The notes under the pieces are model-generated. The model did not search any database. It was not told the origin of the DNA and worked only from the letters and a program-made list of their open reading frames with translations. A program made the position numbers and the translations under genes. From positions 1-64,000 of the forward strand of contig JBBISH010000006.1 in assembly GCA_037441385.1 (NCBI GenBank): a stretch of 64,000 bases of DNA, written 5' to 3'. Position 1 is the stretch's first letter. Each line of letters begins with the position of its first letter. Source of the DNA: Myxococcales bacterium (GTDB taxonomy: Bacteria > Myxococcota_A > UBA9042). Of this stretch, positions 40,101 to 49,968 are shown piece by piece.

Positions 40101-41525
40101 ATGGGCGACCGCGGCCTTTCTTGGTTCGCGCCGTTTGGCGTGGATGCGCAGCTGATTTCCAGGGTCCTTGGCGAGGCGACTGCCCGCGGGGCCGATTTTG
40201 CCGACCTGTACTTCGAGCACCGCACCGTGCGTTCGCTGGGGCTGGAGGACGGCGCTGTCAACCGCGCTTACGCCGGCGTGGACCTGGGCGTGGGCGTCCG
40301 GGTGGTGCGCGGCGAGCAAACCGGCTACGCCTACAGCGAAGACCTGAGTCTCGAAGCGGTGTTGCAGGCTGCGCGCACGGCGGCCGCGATCGCCGACGGG
40401 TCGCCGATGCCGCGCACCGCCAACTTTGCCATCCAGCCGGTGGCGGACCGCTATCCGATTCGCCGGCCGTGGACCGAAGTCAGCACCGCGGACAAGTTGC
40501 CGATGCTCCGCGAGCTGGAAAAACAGGCGTTTGCCGCCGATCCGCGGGTCAAGAAGGTCAACCTGTCGTTTGCCGACGCGACCGGTGCGGTGCTGGTGGC
40601 GACCTCGGACGGCCGCCTGGCCTTTGACCTCCAGCCGATGACCTTGCTGTCGCTGTCGTGCACGGCCGAGCACCAGGGCCGGCGCGAGTCGGGCGGCTAC
40701 AACGTAGCGGCGCGCGACGACTTCAGTTTTTACGACCCGAGCCGTCTGGACCGGCTGGTTCACCGCGCCGTGGACCGCACCACCATCTTGTTCGACGCGG
40801 TGCCGGCGCCGGCCGGCGAGATGACTGTGGTCTTGGGTGCCGGCTCGTCAGGGATCCTGCTGCACGAAGCGATCGGCCATGGTCTAGAGGCCGACTTCAA
40901 TCGCAAGGGCGTGTCGATCTACGCGGACAAGCTGGGCAAGGCCATCGCCGGCCCGCTGGTGACCATCGTCGACGACGCCACCCTGCCCCACGCCCGCGGC
41001 TCGATCAACATCGACGACGAGGGCAACCCGGCCGGCTGCACCGAGCTGGTGGTGGGCGGCGTGCTGCAAGGCTACCTGCACGACCAGATCTCGGCCAAGC
41101 ACTACGGCGTGGCGCCCACCGGCAACGGCCGCCGCGAGGATTTTCGCACGCAGCCGCTGCCGCGCATGCGCTCGACCTACATGCGCCCGGGCCCGCACAG
41201 CCGCGACGAGATCATCGCCTCGGTCAAGAAGGGCATCTTCTGTGACCACTTTGCCAACGGCCAAGTGCAGATTGGTGCTGGCGATTTTACCTTCTACGTC
41301 CGCTCGGGCTGGCTCATCGAGGACGGCAAGCTGACCCAGCCGGTCAAGGACGTGAACCTGGTCGGCAATGGCCCCAAGGTCTTGGAACAGATCGACATGG
41401 TCGGCGACGACCTGCTGATCGACGAAGGTGGCTGGACCTGCGGCAAAGACGGCCAATCGGTGCCGGTCAGCCAGGGCATGCCCAGCGTGCGGGTGGGCAA
41501 GATGACGGTCGGCGGCCGCGGCTGA
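40101..41525 (+). CDS. tldD: TldD metalloprotease subunit
   Basis: GADFADLYFE, HEAIGHGLEADFNRKG, DDEG, PRMRST, WTCGKDGQSVPV. Confidence 0.93.
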   Translation: MGDRGLSWFAPFGVDAQLISRVLGEATARGADFADLYFEHRTVRSLGLEDGAVNRAYAGVDLGVGVRVVRGEQTGYAYSEDLSLEAVLQAARTAAAIADGSPMPRTANFAIQPVADRYPIRRPWTEVSTADKLPMLRELEKQAFAADPRVKKVNLSFADATGAVLVATSDGRLAFDLQPMTLLSLSCTAEHQGRRESGGYNVAARDDFSFYDPSRLDRLVHRAVDRTTILFDAVPAPAGEMTVVLGAGSSGILLHEAIGHGLEADFNRKGVSIYADKLGKAIAGPLVTIVDDATLPHARGSINIDDEGNPAGCTELVVGGVLQGYLHDQISAKHYGVAPTGNGRREDFRTQPLPRMRSTYMRPGPHSRDEIIASVKKGIFCDHFANGQVQIGAGDFTFYVRSGWLIEDGKLTQPVKDVNLVGNGPKVLEQIDMVGDDLLIDEGGWTCGKDGQSVPVSQGMPSVRVGKMTVGGRG

Positions 41526-41527
41526 GC

Positions 41528-42907
41528 GTGGCGCAAACTGCGAGGATGGGGATGCAAACCCGCGAAGATACAGAAAAGTTCCTGGCCGATCTGGCCGAAT
41601 ACGCCCTGGGTCTGGCGACTCGCTTTGGCGCCCAACAAGCGGCGGCCAGCGTCAGCCACATGCGCGAGGTCGAGGTGGCTTGGCGCGACGGCCAGCTGGA
41701 ACGGCTTCACGAGGCGCAGTCGCGCGGACTGTCGATCGAATTGTACGTCGACGGGCGGTTTGCCAGCGTAAGCAGCAGCGACTTGCGCCGCGAGGCCTTG
41801 GAACCGCTGGTGCGCGACGGCGTGGCCATGACGCGGGCGTTGGAGCCCGACCCCTATCGGCAACTGCCGGATTCGGCTCGCTATCCCGACCCCCGGCGCG
41901 CGTTGGACGACGCCGACTTGCAGCTGAGCGACCCGCGCTATGCCGAGCTGACCGCGTTGCAACGGCGCGAGCAGGCCCAGCAGTTGGAAGAGGCCGCGCG
42001 CAGCGTGACAGGCGCGGACAAGATCCTGTCGGTGTCCACTTCGGTGTCGGACAGCCGTTCCACGGTATTTCGCTGTGACTCTCAGGGATTTCGTGGCAAG
42101 CGCCACGGGACGTCGTTTTGGCGGTCGGCCGAAGTCAGCGTGCAGGACCCCGACGGCCGCCGCCCCGAAGAAAGTGACTACCACGGCGCGCGCTTCCTGG
42201 CCGACGTGGACGCCCCGGCCCTGGTGGGGCAGCGGGCCGCCGAGCGGGCTTTGCAGCGGGTGGGCGCCGTCAAGCTGCCTTCGGGTCCGCGCACTTTGCT
42301 GGTGGATGCCCGCGTCGCCGGTCGGCTGGTCAGCGCCTTGCTGGGCCCCCTGTCGGCCGCGTCGCTGCAGCAGCAGCGCAGCTTCTACACGGGCGAACTG
42401 GGTCAAGTGATTGGCTCGCCGCTGTTGGACCTGATCGACGATCCGTTTGTGCCGCGCGGGTTTGCCTCGCGCTACTTTGATGGCGAGGGCCTGGCCAGCG
42501 AGCGACGGCCGCTGCTGCAGGCGGGGCGCGTGGCCAACTTCTTCGTCGATACCTACTACGGCCGCAAGTTGGGACGCGTCCCCACCAGTGGCCACGCCTC
42601 CAATCTCAGTTGGCGTCTGGGCGACCGCGATCAGGCCGGCCTGCTGGCCAGCGTGGACGACGGGCTGCTGGTGACCGGCTTCCTGGGCGGCAACAGCAAC
42701 GCCACCACGGGCGACTTTTCGTTGGGCATCCAAGGATTTGCCATCCGCGACGGCAAGTTGGCCGAGCCGTTTGCCGAGATGAACCTAGCCGGCTCGCACC
42801 TGACGTTCTGGCAACAGTTGGTGGCGTTGGGCAACGATCCCAACCTGCTCTCGCCCCTGCGCACCCCCACACTGGTGTTTGCCGATGCGGCGGTGGCCGG
42901 TGGGTAG
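41528..42907 (+). CDS. pmbA: PmbA/TldE subunit
   Basis: FDGEG, TGDFS.G..G, EMNLAG, no HExxH; follows tldD. Start may be 41546 or 41552. Confidence 0.9.
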   Translation: MAQTARMGMQTREDTEKFLADLAEYALGLATRFGAQQAAASVSHMREVEVAWRDGQLERLHEAQSRGLSIELYVDGRFASVSSSDLRREALEPLVRDGVAMTRALEPDPYRQLPDSARYPDPRRALDDADLQLSDPRYAELTALQRREQAQQLEEAARSVTGADKILSVSTSVSDSRSTVFRCDSQGFRGKRHGTSFWRSAEVSVQDPDGRRPEESDYHGARFLADVDAPALVGQRAAERALQRVGAVKLPSGPRTLLVDARVAGRLVSALLGPLSAASLQQQRSFYTGELGQVIGSPLLDLIDDPFVPRGFASRYFDGEGLASERRPLLQAGRVANFFVDTYYGRKLGRVPTSGHASNLSWRLGDRDQAGLLASVDDGLLVTGFLGGNSNATTGDFSLGIQGFAIRDGKLAEPFAEMNLAGSHLTFWQQLVALGNDPNLLSPLRTPTLVFADAAVAGG

Positions 42908-43000
42908 TTGAATCGAAAGTTGAATACTGGTGTACACTGCGGCGTATTCGGTTGAGGCGGGGCGAAGCCCCATGCGCGTCCCCAGCCCCAGGAGCCCAAA

Positions 43001-43447
43001 ATGTCCCTTGTCCGTTTGCTGGTTGTACTATGTCTGACCGCCTTGCCCGCGGCGGTCTTTGCCGACATTCGCGTCCCGGACCGGCCCGCCCCTGCCGCCG
43101 CTCGCCCGGACCCGGCCCAAGCCGACATTGTACTGGTGCGCGCCCTCCAAGCGGGGCTGGACAATTCGTTCGACAAGTACCTGGCCGAGCTGGCGCCCGA
43201 CCGCTGCGAGACGCCGGAACAGAAGTCGCAGCTGCAGCGCTATGAATTCAAGCGCTTTGCCTCGCAGGCTGCTTGGTACGTTGCCGACCCCAAGAAACCC
43301 GCGCCGCAGATCACCCAGCGCCAGAGCGCCAGCGACAAGAAGGTCAAATTGTTCGTCAAGGACTTGCGCAACAAGGATGCCATGCCGCGGCCTCTGGAAC
43401 TGACCTGGAAAGACGGCCGCTGGTGGATCACCGCCAACTCGCTTTAA
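43001..43447 (+). CDS. Hypothetical secreted protein
   Basis: AGGAG RBS and signal peptide (AVFA-D). Confidence 0.65.
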   Translation: MSLVRLLVVLCLTALPAAVFADIRVPDRPAPAAARPDPAQADIVLVRALQAGLDNSFDKYLAELAPDRCETPEQKSQLQRYEFKRFASQAAWYVADPKKPAPQITQRQSASDKKVKLFVKDLRNKDAMPRPLELTWKDGRWWITANSL

Positions 43448-43571
43448 GTACTTGATTAAGGTTGTATTTGTTGGCTCGATCTGGCCCCGGACCTCGCTTG
43501 ACTCGCTGCGCATACGGGCCTACCTTCCCCGTTGAGCGCGGTTGGTTTGCGTTTCGCATTCGGTTCAAGCT

Positions 43572-44504
43572 ATGGTCATGGGCGGCGCACGCGCTGGGCG
43601 CAGGTTGGCATGGTGGCTGGCGCTGGCCCTTGGCGCGCTGACCGCCTGTCGCGAAACGCCGGTGCCCACGGGGCCCACCTACACGGACCGCGAGCCCACC
43701 ACGGCCAAGCTGCGGCTGGAGTTGGCGATCCACCCCCTGCACAACCCGGTGGCGCTGTTTCGCATCTACCAACCGCTGGCCGACTACCTGAACCAGAACC
43801 AGACCGATGTGCAGGTCGTCTTGCAGGCCTCGCGGGACTACGGCGATTACTTGGCGAAAATCCGCCAGCGCGCGCCCGCCCTGTTGCTGCCCAACCCCTG
43901 GCAAACCCTGCAGGCGCAGCGCCACGGCTACCACGTGCTGGCCATGGCTGGAGATCCGCATGATTTTCGTGGCATCATGCTGGCGCGCCGCGACGACACC
44001 GAACTGAAGCACGCCACCGATTTGCGCGGCAGCACGATCGCCTACCCGGCGCCCACGGCCATCGCTGCGTGCGTCTTGCCGCAATTGTGGATGCAGAAAC
44101 AGGGCTTGATGGTGATGCGCGAAGTGACCAACCAGTACGTCGGCTCGCAAGAGGCGGCGATTTTGGCCGTGTCGCTGGGCAAGGCGCGCCTGGGCGTGAC
44201 TTGGCCGCCGCCGTGGCGGCTGTTCCAGCGCGAGCACCCGGCCGAAGCCGCGCAACTGCGCGTGGCCTTTGAAACCGAGTCGCTGCTAAACAATTCGCTG
44301 ATGGTGCGCGACGATGTGCCCGCCGCGGTGGCCGAGCGACTGCGCAACCTGGTGTTGCACCTGGGCGACACGAGCCAGGGCCAGGCACTGCTCGCCGCCA
44401 TGGAGACGTCTGCATTCCTGCCGGCCGACGACCACACCTACGCGCAAGTCAAAGAAGTGATTGACGAGTTTGAGCGCACGCTGCGTCCGGTCGAGGCACC
44501 ATGA
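43572..44504 (+). CDS. PhnD/phosphonate-type substrate-binding lipoprotein
   Basis: LTAC lipobox; YQPLADYL, FRGIMLAR.D, YVGSQE. Confidence 0.8.
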   Translation: MVMGGARAGRRLAWWLALALGALTACRETPVPTGPTYTDREPTTAKLRLELAIHPLHNPVALFRIYQPLADYLNQNQTDVQVVLQASRDYGDYLAKIRQRAPALLLPNPWQTLQAQRHGYHVLAMAGDPHDFRGIMLARRDDTELKHATDLRGSTIAYPAPTAIAACVLPQLWMQKQGLMVMREVTNQYVGSQEAAILAVSLGKARLGVTWPPPWRLFQREHPAEAAQLRVAFETESLLNNSLMVRDDVPAAVAERLRNLVLHLGDTSQGQALLAAMETSAFLPADDHTYAQVKEVIDEFERTLRPVEAP

Positions 44505-46459
44505 AGCTGCCGTCGGCGTGGAGCCAGCGCCTGGCTTCGATCCGTTTTCGCCTGATCGCCGCCGTGATCGGTGTCCACGCCGTGCTCATGGTGGTTTTTG
44601 TCGCGGACTTGGTGCATCGCCAGCAAGCGTTGCTGCTGGACAACCAGCTCGAGCGCAGCCGGTTCCTGGCCGAGTCGCTGTCGCGGGCCGCCGCGCCCTG
44701 GCTGGCCAGCAATGATTACGCGGGCTTGCAAGAGTTGGTCGAGGTCCAGGCGGGCGAGGCCGATCTCTTGTTTGCCGCCATCTTGGACGACCAGGGGCAG
44801 GTGCTCGCCCACACGGACAAGAGCAAACGCGGCAAGTACTTTGAGAATTTTCAATTGCCCCAGGCTCCTCAGGTCATCACGCTCAGTAGTGCGCTCGTCG
44901 ACAGTGCCGCCCCGGTGCAGTTGGCCAAGCACACCATAGGCGCGGCCTGGGTGGGGTTGGGGCAAGAAACCAACCGGCAACGTTGGCAATCGGTGGTGCT
45001 GAGCGGCACGGCCTACGCACTGACCGCGATTCTTTGCGGTGCGGTGCTCGCTTGGCTGATGGCCCGGCGCATGGTGCGGCAGCTCGCCGACCTGCAAGCG
45101 GTGGCCGATGCCGTCCGCAACGGCGACGATCAGCGGCGCGCACCGGTCGCCGGCGGCGACGAAATCGCGACGTTGTCCAAAGAGTTCAACTTGATGCTCG
45201 ACCGCATCGACGAGCAGCGCCGCGAACTGGATCGGCACCGCAGCACGTTGGAGCAGCGCGTGGCCGAGCGGACGGGCGAGCTGCTCCACGCCAAAGAGGC
45301 GGCCGAAAGCGCGGCCCGCGCCAAGAGCACGTTCCTGGCCAACATGAGTCACGAGATCCGCACGCCGCTCAACGCGGTGCTGGGGCTGGTGCACCTAGTC
45401 AAGGCGCAGGGCGTCGCGCCCAAACAGGCCGATCAACTGACCAAGGTGGAGAAGGCGGGCCGACACCTGCTGGAAATTTTGAACAATATCCTGGATCTGT
45501 CCCGTATCGAGGCCGACAGTTTGCCGATCGAGAAGCGCGATTTTGCCCTGAACGAGGTCGTGTACACGGCGACGGCAGCGTCGGGGGTGGCCGCGGCGGC
45601 CAAGGGCCTGGAACTCACGGTCGCGATGGATGGCGTGCCCACCCAACTGCGCGGCGACCCGCTGCGGTTGAGCCAGATGCTCGTCAACTACCTGGGCAAC
45701 GCCATCAAGTTCACGGAAAAGGGCCGCATCGAGCTGCGCGGCCAGCTGGTCGACCAGACCGAAACGGCCTACCGGGTGCGCTTCGAGGTGACCGACACCG
45801 GCATCGGCGTAGAGGCCAGTGAGATCGAACGTTTGTTCCACCCGTTTGAGCAGGCTGACAACTCGACCACCCGGCGTTTTGGCGGTACGGGCCTGGGCTT
45901 GGCCATCAACCGCCGGCTGGCGGCCCTGATGGGCGGCGAGGTGGGCGCAGACAGCGAGCGCGGCCGCGGCAGCACCTTTTGGATCGAGGTATGGCTGGAC
46001 CGGCCCCAAGCGCCTGTGGCCCTGAGCTATGCCGTACGCTTCGAAGAACCGTTCCTGCGCCTCAAGCAGACCTACGCCGGCGCGCAGGTGCTGCTGGTCG
46101 AAGACGACGAACTCAATCTGGAAGTGGCGCGCGACATGCTGCTGACCGCCGGGCTCGTCGTCACCACCGCGGCGGGCGGCGCAGAGGCCGTAAGCCTGGC
46201 GGCGAGTCATCCGTTCGACACGATCCTGATGGATATCCAGATGTCCGACTTGGATGGCCTGGAGGCGACTCGGCGGATTCGCCAGTTGCCGCAGGGGGCT
46301 GCGGTGCCGATTGTGGCGCTCACCGCCAACGCCTTCGCCGAGGACCGCGCCCGCGTCCTGGCGGCCGGGATGGACGACTTTGTGGCCAAACCCATCGAGC
46401 CCGAGCAGCTGTGTCAGGTCTTGGCGCAGCAGTTCGAGCGCCGGCGCCGGGCATCGTAG
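44501..46459 (+). CDS. Hybrid sensor histidine kinase (HAMP-HisKA-HATPase-REC)
   Basis: FLANMSHEIRTPLN, GNAIKFT, DTGIG, GGTGLGL, ILMDIQM, KP; ATGA overlap with the upstream gene. Confidence 0.93.
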   Translation: MKLPSAWSQRLASIRFRLIAAVIGVHAVLMVVFVADLVHRQQALLLDNQLERSRFLAESLSRAAAPWLASNDYAGLQELVEVQAGEADLLFAAILDDQGQVLAHTDKSKRGKYFENFQLPQAPQVITLSSALVDSAAPVQLAKHTIGAAWVGLGQETNRQRWQSVVLSGTAYALTAILCGAVLAWLMARRMVRQLADLQAVADAVRNGDDQRRAPVAGGDEIATLSKEFNLMLDRIDEQRRELDRHRSTLEQRVAERTGELLHAKEAAESAARAKSTFLANMSHEIRTPLNAVLGLVHLVKAQGVAPKQADQLTKVEKAGRHLLEILNNILDLSRIEADSLPIEKRDFALNEVVYTATAASGVAAAAKGLELTVAMDGVPTQLRGDPLRLSQMLVNYLGNAIKFTEKGRIELRGQLVDQTETAYRVRFEVTDTGIGVEASEIERLFHPFEQADNSTTRRFGGTGLGLAINRRLAALMGGEVGADSERGRGSTFWIEVWLDRPQAPVALSYAVRFEEPFLRLKQTYAGAQVLLVEDDELNLEVARDMLLTAGLVVTTAAGGAEAVSLAASHPFDTILMDIQMSDLDGLEATRRIRQLPQGAAVPIVALTANAFAEDRARVLAAGMDDFVAKPIEPEQLCQVLAQQFERRRRAS

Positions 46460-46493
46460 AAACGCAGGTCCGCGCCCTCCCGCCCGAACCGCG

Positions 46494-48023
46494 CTACTTG
46501 GGCTGGCAGGCCTTGAACGTCGCCGAACTGGTGTCGCTGTAGGGGATGCCGGCCTGGCAAGTCCAGGTGGGGCAGTCGCCGTCGGCCTGGCACTTGGCGC
46601 CGTTGGCCGTGCACTTGCCGCCGCTGCACGCACCTTTGGCGGTGGCGCAGTCGGCGTCGTTCTGGCAGAGCGCGACGCAGCCCTTCCAGGTGCACCAGCC
46701 GGTCTGGCAGAGCGCCAACGTGCCGACGTTGGGGTCGATGTTGCACGCTTGCGACGGGACCGCGGCGGCCGTGCCGATCGGGTTGCTGACTTTGGGGCCG
46801 CAGCGAGCCTGGAAGTCCCCGTAAATTGGCGTTACGCGGCAGACCTCGCCAGGCGGGCATTCGGCCGAAGTTTGGCACGGCGAGAACGTGGTGCCCGGCA
46901 AGCAGAGCGGGTTGCTCTGGCCGGCGGTGACTTGGATGGCGCTGTACTGCTCGACGCAGCGGAAATTGCCGCCCGACGTGCCGATCGCCGCGCCCATGCA
47001 GTCGCTGGGCTGGCCCGGATCTTCGATGCCGTCGGGTCCGGGTGCGCCCGTGACGTTGTTTTGGGCGTCGGCGGCGATCTTGCATTTGCGCGTACACACG
47101 CCCTGGACGCAGTGGCCGTCTTGGCACTGGTTGTCCAGGCACTCGACGAACTGCTTTTGGGCGTACTGGCTGGCGCCAAACAGCGGCACCGGGCAGGCCT
47201 CGCTGGGACCGCACGGCTCGCCGAACTTCTTCTTTTGGCCTGGGTCGTCCAGCTTGCACTGGTTGGTAGAGCAGAACTGGTTGATTTGACAGGATCCGCA
47301 CGACTTGCTGCAGGTCGTCTTGGCAAAGCCACAGGCGATGCCGTTGCACGGGCAGTCGGCACCGCCCGAGGTGCACTTGTTGGCGGTGCAGGTTTCGCCT
47401 GGTCCACAGCTCCCGCAGTTGTTGGGGCAGGCCTTGCCGCTGCTGCCGGTCAAGACGCCGCAGACGCCGGGCTTGCAGGTGCAGCCCGGATCCGGCACGC
47501 ACTGGTACGCTTTGCACATCGAGCCGGCCGCGCAGTCGCCGCAGGTGTTTTCGCACCCAGGCAGCTGGCCGCAGCCCACGCCAGCGCACGAACAGTCAAA
47601 GGTGCAGAAGTTGTTCAGGCAAGTCATGCCTTGGTCGCAGCCGCCGCAGTCCTTGCCGCAAAATAGCTTGCCGCAATCCTGAGGGCCGCACGTGCAGTCG
47701 GGATCGGCCTCGCAGATGTTGCTTTTGCACAGCGCGCCCTTGGGGCAGTCGCCGCACTTCAGGCCGGGGCAGCCGGCTACCTCGCCGCACTCTAGGCCCG
47801 CGCAGCTGCAGGCGTCTTCGACGGGCCCCACGGTCGTCTCGCTGGCGGAGTCGGCGGCGGTCACGTCGGGTACGCTGGCGACATCGGCGGTTTGAAGTGT
47901 CGAGCCCGCGTCTTTGAACGTGAACTGCGTGGGCGACCAGCCCGAGTTCGTGGTGGCGCCGTTGCTGCACGCCAGCAGCGCCAGCACGGCTACGGCCCCG
48001 GCAAGGCATCGAAGGGCGGTCAT
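46494..48023 (-). CDS. Cys-rich repeat lipoprotein
   Basis: LLAC lipobox; repeated C-[ST]-C-x-G-x-x-C-G...C-G-x-C units. Confidence 0.8.
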   Translation of the reverse strand: MTALRCLAGAVAVLALLACSNGATTNSGWSPTQFTFKDAGSTLQTADVASVPDVTAADSASETTVGPVEDACSCAGLECGEVAGCPGLKCGDCPKGALCKSNICEADPDCTCGPQDCGKLFCGKDCGGCDQGMTCLNNFCTFDCSCAGVGCGQLPGCENTCGDCAAGSMCKAYQCVPDPGCTCKPGVCGVLTGSSGKACPNNCGSCGPGETCTANKCTSGGADCPCNGIACGFAKTTCSKSCGSCQINQFCSTNQCKLDDPGQKKKFGEPCGPSEACPVPLFGASQYAQKQFVECLDNQCQDGHCVQGVCTRKCKIAADAQNNVTGAPGPDGIEDPGQPSDCMGAAIGTSGGNFRCVEQYSAIQVTAGQSNPLCLPGTTFSPCQTSAECPPGEVCRVTPIYGDFQARCGPKVSNPIGTAAAVPSQACNIDPNVGTLALCQTGWCTWKGCVALCQNDADCATAKGACSGGKCTANGAKCQADGDCPTWTCQAGIPYSDTSSATFKACQPK

Positions 48024-48156
48024 CGCAGATCTCCCAGGCGGGCGCTCGCCGCGGAACGCCTGCCAGCGTAGCGAAAATGCCCGTGTGGCTCAAGCTGGTT
48101 GCGCTGGTTCCCGTCCGCCCCTTGCCCTGGCGCCGCAGTCGGGCTAGGCTCGCCGC

Positions 48157-49482
48157 ATGGTCGAGGGCCGCGCCGCCATGGCCAGTGCTGTCCAAGCCGA
48201 CCTTGTCGACCGGCTGGGGCGGGCGCGCGTCTTGGTGGCCGACGAGGCGCGCAAGGTCTGCGGCCTAGAGGCCGGTGCCACGGGTCCCCTGGCGGTGGTC
48301 CGGCCGGCCAGCAGCGAACACGTCGAACATATTGTAAAAGTTGGGCGTCTCCGCCATGCCGCGGTGGTGCCGCGCGGGCGTTTTCCGGTCAGTCAGGCTG
48401 ACGAAGTGCGCGACGTGGTCGTGCTCGACGTGGGCGCCCTGCAGCGGCCGCCCTCGGTCGACATCGGCCGCCGCACGGTTACGGCGGGCGTGGGCGTCGA
48501 GCTCGGGCACATCGACCGGGTGGCGCGGCAGGCGCGGCTGTGTCTGCGCGCCGTGCCGGGCTTTGACGACGGCGAAAAACTGGGCGTGCTGTTGGCGCGC
48601 GGCGTGCCCGGCGAGCTGGGGCTGGGCGAAGGCTCGCTGTTGGGCGACGTGGTCAGCGCGCTGGTGGTGACGGGCGGCGGCCGCGTGTTGGCGGTGGGCG
48701 CGGGCGACATGCTGGCGCAGGCGCCCTGGTTGGGCGAAGGCGTAGCCAATCCTTTGGGGCAGTTGCTGGGCAGCGAAGGCCGGCTGGCGATCCTGTGCGA
48801 GGTGACCTTGCGGCTGCATCCGGCGCCCATTGCCGCATGGAGTTCGGCCGTTTTGCCGCCGACGCGCGATGCCTTGCTGGGCGCCGCGTCGCTGGTTCGC
48901 TCGCTGTACTCGGCGCGCCTGGCCGATACCGGCATCGTGCGCAGCACCGCCACGGGCCAGCAGCTGGATGTGCGGCTGGTCACCTTCCGCGGCGAGGCCG
49001 ACTTGCCGGCGGTGACCGCCCACGCCCGCGAGCTCGCCGGACGACTTGGGGTGCCGCTGAGCGATCCGGCTGCCGAGCCGCGCCGGGTCCGCCTTGGTCA
49101 GCAAGCGGGCGAGTGGCCGCTGCACGCGACGACCCAGCCCGCGTTGGAATTGCGCTTGAGCTGGCCGGACTTGCCCAGCCTGTACGACCTGACTGCGGCG
49201 CTCTATGCCGAGGCGGGTCAAACCGGCGACCGCACCTGGGTGCTGGGCGGCGACTCGGTGCTGCTGCGCTGCGGCTTTCAGTCGACTCGGCCGGAATTGC
49301 ACCCGCTGGTGACTCGGGCGGTGTTGCTGCTGGATGCCGGCGCGGCGCCCCTGGGCTTTGGTTCTCTGCTGCGTGCGGCTGGGCGCGACCGCATGCCCAC
49401 TTCGGCCAAAGTGCTGCTCACGGCGCTGCAGCGGGCCTGGGATCCTGAAGGCGTGCTGGCCAGCCGCGTCGGCGTACTGTAG
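48157..49482 (+). CDS. Divergent FAD-binding oxidoreductase (GlcD/VAO-like)
   Basis: VVRPAS..HV, VVPRG, GSEGRLAILCEVTLRL, C-terminal WDPEGVL. Confidence 0.6.
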   Translation: MVEGRAAMASAVQADLVDRLGRARVLVADEARKVCGLEAGATGPLAVVRPASSEHVEHIVKVGRLRHAAVVPRGRFPVSQADEVRDVVVLDVGALQRPPSVDIGRRTVTAGVGVELGHIDRVARQARLCLRAVPGFDDGEKLGVLLARGVPGELGLGEGSLLGDVVSALVVTGGGRVLAVGAGDMLAQAPWLGEGVANPLGQLLGSEGRLAILCEVTLRLHPAPIAAWSSAVLPPTRDALLGAASLVRSLYSARLADTGIVRSTATGQQLDVRLVTFRGEADLPAVTAHARELAGRLGVPLSDPAAEPRRVRLGQQAGEWPLHATTQPALELRLSWPDLPSLYDLTAALYAEAGQTGDRTWVLGGDSVLLRCGFQSTRPELHPLVTRAVLLLDAGAAPLGFGSLLRAAGRDRMPTSAKVLLTALQRAWDPEGVLASRVGVL

Positions 49483-49485
49483 ATC

Positions 49486-49953
49486 CTACGTAGAGGGTAG
49501 GATTCCCGCGAAATTCTGTTGCCGCAGCGCTTCATACAGCACCAGCGTCGCAGTGTTCGACAGGTTCAGGCTGCGGATCGCGGGCAGGATCGGCACCCAC
49601 AGCGTGCTGGGCGCCAAGCGCTCGCGCAGGTCGGGCGGGAAGCCGCGGGTCTCGCCGCCAAAAATCAGAATATCGTCAGGCTGGTACGCGACCTGATCGT
49701 AGCGTTGCCCGCCGTGGGACGAAAACGCCCAGGTGCGCCGACCCGGCAGCGCGGCCAGCAGGGCGTCCAAGTCGGCGTGATGGTGCAAGCGCACGTTTTT
49801 CCAGTAGTCCAGGCCGGCGCGCCGCACGTACTTTTCGTCCAGCGAGAAGCCGAGCTTGCCCACCAGGTGCAGATCCGTGCCGGTGCCGACGCAGACGCGG
49901 CCAATGCTGCCGGTGTTGCCAGGGATTTCGGGTTCGATGAGTGCGATGTGCAT
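49486..49953 (-). CDS. trmL: tRNA (C34/U34) 2'-O-methyltransferase
   Basis: EPEIPGNTG, RRAGLDYW, FGGETRG, RSLNLSN, YEALRQ. Confidence 0.93.
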   Translation of the reverse strand: MHIALIEPEIPGNTGSIGRVCVGTGTDLHLVGKLGFSLDEKYVRRAGLDYWKNVRLHHHADLDALLAALPGRRTWAFSSHGGQRYDQVAYQPDDILIFGGETRGFPPDLRERLAPSTLWVPILPAIRSLNLSNTATLVLYEALRQQNFAGILPST

Positions 49954-49968
49954 GCTGGTGGGTCTAAC

